Assembly (NCBI GenBank): GCA_964509285.1 | Contig: CAZDWQ010000001.1 | Location: 1 to 63,005 of the forward strand | DNA length: 63,005 nucleotides | Direction of reading: 5' to 3' | From: an uncultured Pseudomonadales bacterium | GTDB lineage: Bacteria; Patescibacteriota; Microgenomatia; UBA1400; PJMF01 | Part shown: positions 17,861 to 24,683 of the stretch, one piece after another | Layout of the letters: every line of letters begins with the position of its first letter | How positions within the stretch are numbered: the first letter of the stretch is position 1 | Made by a program: the position numbers and the translations under genes | The notes under the pieces: model-generated | Told to the model about the DNA's origin: nothing | Seen by the model: only the letters and a program-made list of their open reading frames with translations | The model's database searches: none

Positions 17861-19135
17861 TCACTTTCTAACTTTTTTTGATCTTCCAAGCTTGGCGTGA
17901 GCACTTGCAAGTGTATTTGTTGTTAACGCAGCAAGCCCAGAAATCTCTCCAGCTAACGCTGCCAAACCTGCCACAACCGCTAGATCTTGAGCTTTTGGCA
18001 ATTCGCTACCGCTTTTTTCACCATTTAGCATGGTTGAACGTGCTTGACTTTGCTTTGGCAACCAAGTTCCCCCACCAACACTTCCAACGCTCACATTCGG
18101 CAAAGTAAGCGCTATATATAAAGTATCTTGTTCTTTGTCATCTGGCTTATCTCCACCCATTAACTCAAAATGAACACTTGCTTCACTCCCTGCAACAACA
18201 TGGGCAACATCTTGACCAGTTGCTAAGTAAAAAGCACCTAAAGCATTAGCAACGTGCATATTTTGAGCAAACGACCCAGCCACATTACTGCCAATCACGT
18301 TTTTAACTAAATGAATCTTCACTAAATCTTTGGCATTTACTTTTAATAACTCTTCTATTTTTTTAACACTAACTTTAGTCTCAACCGTTACAAAGTATCC
18401 TCGCCCCAATAAACGGTTGATCATAGAATCTTTTTTATCAGTACATACGTTTCCAGAAACAGTCAACAAAGAAACCCAAATATGATCTGGCAACTGTCTT
18501 TTAAACTTATCCCATGCATATGACAAGGCAATCGTAACCATGTTCATTCCCATGGCTTCGTCTGTATCAAAGACAAAACGAAAATACAGTAATTTATCTC
18601 TCATAAATGTTTCATAAGATAAAAACTTCAAGTGACTGCTCGTTTCTTCACAAAACCCAGCAAATAACTTACTGTTTTTAGAAAAATACTCACTAAATGT
18701 AACGGCATCATCAATAGAACTACACTCAAAAACCACAGATCTACTCATGCCTACTTTTTTGACAACAACTTTTGTTGTTCCCTCATTTAAAATTTTTAAA
18801 CCTCTATGAATTGAGGCCACCAAAGCTCCTTCCGTTGTTGCTAATGGAATCAGAAATGATTGTTGCTGTTTTTTACTAATTTTTTTATCACTTGAAATAA
18901 AACAAGTTTGAACGTTCACCGGGCCCGCAATCCCAACAGGAACCTCCACAGAGCCAATTAAGTTTTCACAATTTTTTTGCCCCACATCTTCTAAAGGAAA
19001 ACTTGTAGTAAATAGATCACTCAAATCAGATTTGTTTTTATTAGAAACAGCACAAACTAGATCTTGCCTCGTCTTTAGTTTTTCTGCTTCAGAAGATTTT
19101 TCATCACGAATAAAGAAAGATTGTTGTTTTGTCAC
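17861..19135 (-). CDS. HMG-CoA reductase, class I-like motifs
   Basis: TTEGALVASIHRG, DEAMGMNMV and VGSVGGGT match class I signatures (EGxLVAS, DAMGMN, GTVGGGT). GTG start at 19135. Confidence 0.85.
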   Translation of the reverse strand: MTKQQSFFIRDEKSSEAEKLKTRQDLVCAVSNKNKSDLSDLFTTSFPLEDVGQKNCENLIGSVEVPVGIAGPVNVQTCFISSDKKISKKQQQSFLIPLATTEGALVASIHRGLKILNEGTTKVVVKKVGMSRSVVFECSSIDDAVTFSEYFSKNSKLFAGFCEETSSHLKFLSYETFMRDKLLYFRFVFDTDEAMGMNMVTIALSYAWDKFKRQLPDHIWVSLLTVSGNVCTDKKDSMINRLLGRGYFVTVETKVSVKKIEELLKVNAKDLVKIHLVKNVIGSNVAGSFAQNMHVANALGAFYLATGQDVAHVVAGSEASVHFELMGGDKPDDKEQDTLYIALTLPNVSVGSVGGGTWLPKQSQARSTMLNGEKSGSELPKAQDLAVVAGLAALAGEISGLAALTTNTLASAHAKLGRSKKVRK

Positions 19136-19177
19136 AACACATTAGTCGCAAAAAAACAAAAAAATCATGCAAGACTA

Positions 19178-19849
19178 CTATTTTTTATTTACAATTTGTT
19201 TGAAAGCGTCAAAAAGAAGTGAGTTCTGGAGCATAAAAATAGTCCATGGAGCAATTTTCAGTTCTTTTTCACCAATTTTTAAAGAAACTGGCTTTGTATT
19301 TTTTTCTAACTCTTCTTGCGTGAGTAGTAGAGACTGTTCAGGAGAAATATATTCAAGAGTGAGTGCCTTTGCAATTAACTCTTCAAAACCAACCCAACAA
19401 TATTCGCTTGCTTCTTCAGGATTTGGTTGCACTTTTCCTTCATAAGAACCAGTATAAACTTGATCCAGTTCATGCTCTCCATACATTTCATTTCCATATG
19501 CTTTATAGGCAAATTTATAGAGAGGACTCAAATTAAACCCATCAGTAATACCCAACTCAACTTTTAATCTTCTCAGGGCGCAGTCAAAATATGTTTCTGT
19601 TGGCCAAACATTACCACAAACGGTATTTGCCCACCAGTCAGCACCAACAATTTTACTTTTACTGCGTTTTTGAAATAAAACTTGTCCTTTTGAGTTGAAT
19701 AGCCATACCGAGATAGCTAAATGCAATTTTGATGGATATTTATGAGCATTAAATTTGTCATCTCTGCCAATAATAGTTCCATCCAAGTCACAAAGTGAGA
19801 CTTCGTCTTTTTCAATCAATAGTTGCCGCACTGTTTTATCTTCAGTCAT
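19178..19849 (-). CDS. idi: Isopentenyl-diphosphate delta-isomerase, type 1 (Nudix fold)
   Basis: KLHLAISVWLFNSKGQVLFQKRSKSKIVGADWWANTVCGNVWP...RRLKVELGI and GEHELDQVY align by eye to E. coli Idi (LHLAFSSWLFN...NSVCGHP...ENEVCPVF). Confidence 0.8.
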   Translation of the reverse strand: MTEDKTVRQLLIEKDEVSLCDLDGTIIGRDDKFNAHKYPSKLHLAISVWLFNSKGQVLFQKRSKSKIVGADWWANTVCGNVWPTETYFDCALRRLKVELGITDGFNLSPLYKFAYKAYGNEMYGEHELDQVYTGSYEGKVQPNPEEASEYCWVGFEELIAKALTLEYISPEQSLLLTQEELEKNTKPVSLKIGEKELKIAPWTIFMLQNSLLFDAFKQIVNKK

Positions 19850-19853
19850 GAGG

Positions 19854-20192
19854 TTATCTTCTATATGCTAAGGTAAATCTTATTAACAAATACAATAACA
19901 AAACCTGCCAATAAATACAAAAGAAAGTAACTATATTCGAGAAAAAAGAAATCCAGTTGCAAGCAAAAAAATCGGACACTGAACAACTAAAAACAATCCT
20001 TACTGTGGGAACTATTGCCAGTTTCCAAAACACTGTAAGTAAACTAACAAACAAACTTGGTACTAATGCCATCCAAATGAATAACTGCTGTTTTACCAAG
20101 GACTGCATAGTTTGGTACGGATGCAATAGCAACCCAGTTGTGATTTGTCCGATTGAGTAGATGAAAGAAAAAATAATTCGAGTAGTTTTCAT
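19854..20192 (-). CDS. Small polytopic membrane protein, function unknown
   Basis: Three or four hydrophobic helices. Tightly packed between idi and the small protein downstream of the sigma factor. Confidence 0.5.
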   Translation of the reverse strand: MKTTRIIFSFIYSIGQITTGLLLHPYQTMQSLVKQQLFIWMALVPSLFVSLLTVFWKLAIVPTVRIVFSCSVSDFFACNWISFFSNIVTFFCIYWQVLLLYLLIRFTLAYRR

Positions 20193-20194
20193 AT

Positions 20195-20389
20195 TTATTT
20201 CACAAACTCAACAACTAAGGCAGAAAAAATTGCTAAAAAAACGAGAACTACCAATGTGTTCTCCCCGATAAACGAAGTCAACGGATCAAATGCTTTTGGA
20301 ATAATACGTGAGCTGTACAACTTTTGTTGTTGCTGAGCTTCATCTTGTAGCTTTTTTAAAAAGTCTTCATTCATCTGTATATCCCACAC
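20195..20389 (-). CDS. Small single-pass membrane protein; anti-sigma candidate by position only
   Basis: 64 aa with a C-terminal TM (LVVLVFLAIFSALVV). It starts 4 nt after the sigma-factor stop. No recognisable anti-sigma motif. Confidence 0.35.
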   Translation of the reverse strand: MWDIQMNEDFLKKLQDEAQQQQKLYSSRIIPKAFDPLTSFIGENTLVVLVFLAIFSALVVEFVK

Positions 20390-20392
20390 ACC

Positions 20393-20914
20393 TTACGCAA
20401 CTGACCACAGTTCTTTAAACTCTTTTCTTGCTCTAAATAAATCTGACTCTATTGATTTTTCACTTTTCTTAAACTCTTGAGCAATTGCTATTACTTTTTT
20501 ACCGTCTGCATACTTGAGTAACAATAATTCTTTGTAGTAACTCTTCATTTTTGCTAATACTTGTGTAACTTTTTGTGAAACATCATCACTATCAGAAATG
20601 TGATTCAGCGGAAGTAAATCTGATAATGGAATTGTCTGCAGTGCCTTTTTGGCATATTTTTTTCTAAAATAATCCGCAATTTCATGCCGTGCAATAGAGT
20701 TCATCCACGTCCAAATGCTAGATTTTCCCAAAAAAAGTGGTAAATGCTTTAAACAGTTCAGAAAAGTCTGCTGCACAATTTCTTCGGCATCTTTCTTATT
20801 TGATATTTTCACTCCGACAACATTTAAAAGCCGAGTGTAGTACAAATCAAACCATACTTTAACTGCACGTTCATCGCCTGTTTTAAGTTGAGCTAGTAAT
20901 TGCTTTTCTTCCAT
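20393..20914 (-). CDS. ECF-type RNA polymerase sigma-70 family factor
   Basis: Region 2-like DAEEIVQQTFLNCLKHLPLF and region 4 HTH LLLLKYADGKKVIAIAQEFKKSEKSIESDLFRARKEFKE. The ATG at 20914 (MEEKQ) is preferred, with TACAAT 12 nt upstream. Confidence 0.8.
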   Translation of the reverse strand: MEEKQLLAQLKTGDERAVKVWFDLYYTRLLNVVGVKISNKKDAEEIVQQTFLNCLKHLPLFLGKSSIWTWMNSIARHEIADYFRKKYAKKALQTIPLSDLLPLNHISDSDDVSQKVTQVLAKMKSYYKELLLLKYADGKKVIAIAQEFKKSEKSIESDLFRARKEFKELWSVA

Positions 20915-21008
20915 ACTATTTATTGTATTGTACAACAAAATTTACACCTGCCAGGCAAACTTAGATACTTTCCATCAAGATAAGCCTACTATATAATAGG
21001 GTTACATT

Positions 21009-21380
21009 ATGTTTTTTGGATTAATACCTACCGTCTATGCCCAACAATTGAGTCCTTGTGGAGCAGGCAACGGAGGAATTAACTTAGGAAATTGCCTCAA
21101 GCTTTCAGATAGTACTCAAATAAGCGCTGTGTACGACAATCCTGCATTTTTAGTAAATTTGCTCATTAGCAACCTATTTGTTGTTGCTGGAGTTATCTTT
21201 TTCATTTTTCTCATTGTTGCCGGTTTTAAATTCATAATTGGTGGTCAAAAAGGTGCAGAAGATGCAAAAAACATTATCACAACCGCCATGTCTGGTTTCA
21301 TCATTATGTTTGCTGCATACTGGGTCATTCAGATTGTTGTCTTATTAACAGGAATAACTATTGCAGGAGTAAGTCAATAA
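21009..21380 (+). CDS. T4SS pilin-like protein (VirB2/TrbC-type two-helix), paralog 1
   Basis: Signal-like N-terminus, then FVVAGVIFFIFLIVAGFKFIIGGQKGAEDAKNIITTAMSGFIIMFAAYW. Confidence 0.7.
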   Translation: MFFGLIPTVYAQQLSPCGAGNGGINLGNCLKLSDSTQISAVYDNPAFLVNLLISNLFVVAGVIFFIFLIVAGFKFIIGGQKGAEDAKNIITTAMSGFIIMFAAYWVIQIVVLLTGITIAGVSQ

Positions 21381-21382
21381 AT

Positions 21383-21766
21383 ATGTCAATATTTACTATC
21401 TCGAAAGTATTTGCACAAACTCCAGAAGAAATGATAGGAGAAATTGAAATCCCGAAAGGTGTTGATCTTATTAACACACAAGCTGGTGGTATAGGTATCA
21501 TTTTATTCGTCTCTAAAATAATTCGTTTTATCATCATTCTAGGGGGCATTTGGACATTAATAAATATTATTTTTGCTGCATTTTTATATTTTAACGGTGG
21601 AGGAAAATCAGATACGCATAGTAAGGTAAGTAGTAAATTTACCATGAGCGTCATCGGATTGATGCTCATCATCATTTCCTATACTGCGGCAGCACTGATT
21701 GGATTACTCTTCTATGGAGACGCAACCTTTATCTTAACACCAAAAATCACTCCTATTGGAGGATAG
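21383..21766 (+). CDS. T4SS pilin-like protein, paralog 2
   Basis: IWTLINIIFAAFLYFNGGGKSDTHSKVSSKFTMSVIGLMLIIISY. It starts 2 nt after paralog 1. Confidence 0.7.
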   Translation: MSIFTISKVFAQTPEEMIGEIEIPKGVDLINTQAGGIGIILFVSKIIRFIIILGGIWTLINIIFAAFLYFNGGGKSDTHSKVSSKFTMSVIGLMLIIISYTAAALIGLLFYGDATFILTPKITPIGG

Positions 21767-21773
21767 GAAACGT

Positions 21774-22349
21774 ATGAAAGTATTACTTGTGAAAGTACTG
21801 CGTAATCTAATTTTAAGCTTATTTACTACCTTGCTTTTTGCTAGCGTACTTTTCTCTTCACAACTTATTCAGCCAAAACAAGTTTCTGCTGCAACATGTA
21901 GTTATATAGGACAATGTATTGATAACAAAAGATGCATTTGCGTAGTTTTGGGAGGAGAATGCTATAGCAATCAACCAGAACTCATTTTGAGTGACCAACC
22001 ATGTGGATCAGCAATCATTGGCGGTGTCGAGGCTCCAATTGCTATAACAAATATCAATATGGCATCAGGTCAAGAAATTGGACTTATCTTTTTTATCTCT
22101 AGAACTCTCAACTTTGCCAATATTGTAGCCGGAATTTTAGTAATGATTAACTTTGTAATTGCGGGATTTACTTATATTACCAGTGCTGGAAATGTGGCAA
22201 ACATGACTAAAATCAATGAAAAACTAATGTGGAGTGTTCTTGGCATCTTAATGATTGTTGGTTCATACACTTTAGCCGCAATTTTTGGTCTTGTTTTTTA
22301 TGGCGATCCAACATTTATTATTACCCCTGTATTAACAGGAGCAATTTAA
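21774..22349 (+). CDS. T4SS pilin-like protein, paralog 3 (longer Cys-containing N-terminal region)
   Basis: GGAGGA lies 10 nt upstream of the ATG at 21774. C-terminus VMINFVIAGFTYITSAGNVANMTKINEKLMWSVLGILMIVGSY. Confidence 0.7.
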   Translation: MKVLLVKVLRNLILSLFTTLLFASVLFSSQLIQPKQVSAATCSYIGQCIDNKRCICVVLGGECYSNQPELILSDQPCGSAIIGGVEAPIAITNINMASGQEIGLIFFISRTLNFANIVAGILVMINFVIAGFTYITSAGNVANMTKINEKLMWSVLGILMIVGSYTLAAIFGLVFYGDPTFIITPVLTGAI

Positions 22350-22385
22350 TGAGTATTTGGTATATAATAGAATAAAGAAAATAAT

Positions 22386-22757
22386 ATGATCTTACCAACA
22401 CTGATAGCACAACTTGGCAGTTTTGAATCATTTTCACCACTCACAGACGGTGCAAAAGAAAATCCAGGCGAAAATATAGAAACACTCATTTCTAACGTTT
22501 TTGGTTTTCTGACTATTGTTGGTGCAATTTTCTTTATTGTATCTTTTTTAATCGCAGCAATGGAGTGGATTACTTCCGGAGGTGATGCTGGCAAATTAAC
22601 TAACTCGAGAAATAAAATGATGCAGGGAATCTTGGGTTTAATTATTTTGGTTGCAGCATATGGAATTATCGGGCTTATTGGAAGCTTAATTGGTATTAAA
22701 TTACTTGAACCAGCACTATTGCTTGAAAGTATTACTCCAGGACAAGCCACTCCATGA
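22386..22757 (+). CDS. T4SS pilin-like protein, paralog 4
   Basis: FFIVSFLIAAMEWITSGGDAGKLTNSRNKMMQGILGLIILVAAY. Confidence 0.75.
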   Translation: MILPTLIAQLGSFESFSPLTDGAKENPGENIETLISNVFGFLTIVGAIFFIVSFLIAAMEWITSGGDAGKLTNSRNKMMQGILGLIILVAAYGIIGLIGSLIGIKLLEPALLLESITPGQATP

Positions 22758-23176
22758 AAACACTAACAAAAAAAAATTCAGCAGCAATATTAACAATTAG
22801 CTCTTTTGTAGCAGCAACACTGCCTTCTTACGCCGCCATTACTAACCCAGTGACCGGAGGTCTGGGAAATGATGTAGAAAAAGCAGCCTCAGGAGAAACC
22901 TTTGTTTACTACTTTACAACCCTTTGGAACTCATTCGTCGTCATTGGTGCAATCGCAGTTCTCATCATGTTCCTCTGGGGATCACTAGAATGGATTGCTG
23001 CTGGTGGTGACACAGGTAAGATTGAAAAAGCAAGAAATAGAATTACGCAATCTATCCTGGGTTTGCTGATCTTAGTGAGTGCTTTCGTAATTATCGGATT
23101 TGTAAGCCAATTATTCTTTGGTGAGGAATTTTCAATACTCAACTTAACATTTACACAAGTCGGAGGAGAAGAATAA
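22754..23176 (+). CDS. T4SS pilin-like protein, paralog 5
   Basis: ATGA overlap with paralog 4. LIMFLWGSLEWIAAGGDTGKIEKARNRITQSILGLLILVSAF. Confidence 0.75.
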   Translation: MKTLTKKNSAAILTISSFVAATLPSYAAITNPVTGGLGNDVEKAASGETFVYYFTTLWNSFVVIGAIAVLIMFLWGSLEWIAAGGDTGKIEKARNRITQSILGLLILVSAFVIIGFVSQLFFGEEFSILNLTFTQVGGEE

Positions 23177-23679
23177 TGAAACAACTTTTACTCGCGCTCT
23201 TTGTAAGCTTTTCAATTTTTGTCGGAGGCATTATTGCACTTTTGCCCGCAAAAACGACTTATGCACAAGAAACAATTGAGCTTAATTTTGGTGATGTTGC
23301 CAAAGATAATAATGTGATTGGAACTGAAAACTATGAATCAGACGATGGTAAAGCTGGTTTTGGAATACTCATTGGACAAATAATTGATATTGTTTTTACT
23401 ATTGCGCCAATCATCGTATTTATCATGTTTCTCTGGGGCAGCATTGAATGGATGACCTCGGGTGGTGATAAAACCAAAATTGAAAAGGCAAGAAGCAGAA
23501 TTACTCAGTCAATTATTGGAATGTTCGTCCTTACAACAGTAATAGCAATTTTCATAGAACTGCAAAAAGCTCTGAATTTTGAGGTATTTGATTTTGCTGC
23601 TGGAACAATCTCAAACCCTCCCAATAATCCAGAAAATCCGGGTAATCCGAGTATCCCACCAAAAAAATCACCGCTTTAA
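23176..23679 (+). CDS. T4SS pilin-like protein, paralog 6 (Pro/Asn-rich C-terminal tail)
   Basis: TAATG overlap with paralog 5. FIMFLWGSIEWMTSGGDKTKIEKARSRITQSIIGMFVLTTV. Confidence 0.75.
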   Translation: MKQLLLALFVSFSIFVGGIIALLPAKTTYAQETIELNFGDVAKDNNVIGTENYESDDGKAGFGILIGQIIDIVFTIAPIIVFIMFLWGSIEWMTSGGDKTKIEKARSRITQSIIGMFVLTTVIAIFIELQKALNFEVFDFAAGTISNPPNNPENPGNPSIPPKKSPL

Positions 23680-23695
23680 AAAAAGAAATAGAAAC

Positions 23696-23725
23696 TTGAC
23701 GTTTTGTCCCGGACACAGGTATAAT
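23696..23725 (+). promoter_or_regulatory. Sigma-70-type promoter for pilin paralog 7 (TTGACG, 18 nt, TATAAT)
   Basis: -35 ttgacg at 23696-23701 and -10 tataat at 23720-23725, followed by AAGGAA before the ATG at 23774. Confidence 0.6.
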
Positions 23726-23773
23726 TAGTCATAAGTATTCAGTAATTAACTGAAAGTAAAAAAAGGAACACAT

Positions 23774-24139
23774 ATGAGAAATAAACTCAACGGTTTAGCG
23801 CTGACAGTAGGCGCATTTATAACATCAGCTCCTGTAGTATTTGCAGCAACTCCTGTAGAACCAACCAGTTTCTATTTCGATGATATTGGTGTATTGATTA
23901 ATAAAATCCTTAATTTTGTTATGGTGCTTGGTGCGTTACTAGTTTTTATGTATCTTATTTGGGGTGGCATTGAATGGATTACTTCGGGTGGTGATAAAAC
24001 CAAAACAGAAGCTGCTCGTGGAAAAATTACTGCTGCAGTTATAGGTTTAATTGTTCTTGCTGCATCATGGGCTATCCTTGGATTGGTCCTCAACTTCTTG
24101 GATGCAGGATCATTCTCAGATTTAATCGAAACCCTGTAA
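23774..24139 (+). CDS. T4SS pilin-like protein, paralog 7; candidate major subunit
   Basis: Signal peptide ending VVFAA. VFMYLIWGGIEWITSGGDKTKTEAARGKITAAVIGLIVLAASW. It has its own consensus promoter and its own terminator. Confidence 0.75.
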   Translation: MRNKLNGLALTVGAFITSAPVVFAATPVEPTSFYFDDIGVLINKILNFVMVLGALLVFMYLIWGGIEWITSGGDKTKTEAARGKITAAVIGLIVLAASWAILGLVLNFLDAGSFSDLIETL

Positions 24140-24160
24140 TTCTTTGCAGAACTATAGTTA

Positions 24161-24196
24161 AAAAGCCCCTCTTTATGAAGGGCTTTTTAGTTTTTA
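24161..24196 (+). terminator. Rho-independent terminator after pilin paralog 7
   Basis: aaaagccc...gggctttt stem followed by a T-rich tail (tttttagttttt). Confidence 0.7.
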
Positions 24197-24205
24197 ATAA
24201 TTTGA

Positions 24206-24214
24206 TGCTATAAT
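24206..24214 (+). promoter_or_regulatory. Extended -10 promoter (TGcTATAAT) 11 nt upstream of the paralog 8 ATG
   Basis: tgctataat at 24206-24214; ATG at 24226; no Shine-Dalgarno sequence in between. Confidence 0.5.
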
Positions 24215-24225
24215 TATCTACACAG

Positions 24226-24639
24226 ATGATCAGAAAAAATAAACTATCAACTTTCAAAATAGTACTGACTATTTTTGTTGCGTATTTATATTCCGCCTCA
24301 TCAGCATTTGCCCAAACCGTGAGTTGGAGTGGCGTCTGCGTTGGTGGAGACGATCATGATGTTGCAACCATTCAAGGTCTTGAATGTTTAATTGCAAACG
24401 TATTTACTGTTATTATTACTCTTATTGGGTTATCTGCCTTTGTCATACTCATTGTTGGTTCGGTTCGCTGGCTTCTCTCTGGAGGAAACTCAACTCACTT
24501 AGATAAAGCAAAAAATACTATGACTTATGCGGTTATTGGTATCGTGGTAGCATTAAGTGCATTTATCGTTCTAAACTTGATTGCAGGATTCACTGGGATT
24601 AACACCATCAAAACATTTAAAATTCCTACTTCAAACTAA
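24226..24639 (+). CDS. T4SS pilin-like protein, paralog 8
   Basis: Signal peptide ending SAFAQ. FVILIVGSVRWLLSGGNSTHLDKAKNTMTYAVIGIVVALSAF. Confidence 0.7.
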   Translation: MIRKNKLSTFKIVLTIFVAYLYSASSAFAQTVSWSGVCVGGDDHDVATIQGLECLIANVFTVIITLIGLSAFVILIVGSVRWLLSGGNSTHLDKAKNTMTYAVIGIVVALSAFIVLNLIAGFTGINTIKTFKIPTSN

Positions 24640-24683
24640 ACTGGTGCTCCATAATCTAGATCAAATAAGGTACAATAAAGATT

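Noticed and set aside
22346-22750. 134-aa minus-strand ORF covering pilin paralog 4. Similar antisense ORFs occur at 21358-21675, 22909-23184 and 23872-24093.
   Set aside because: These ORFs are mirror images of hydrophobic, codon-biased pilin genes. The plus-strand proteins carry the conserved signal peptide and TM-loop-TM pattern, while the antisense products have no start context or recognisable features.
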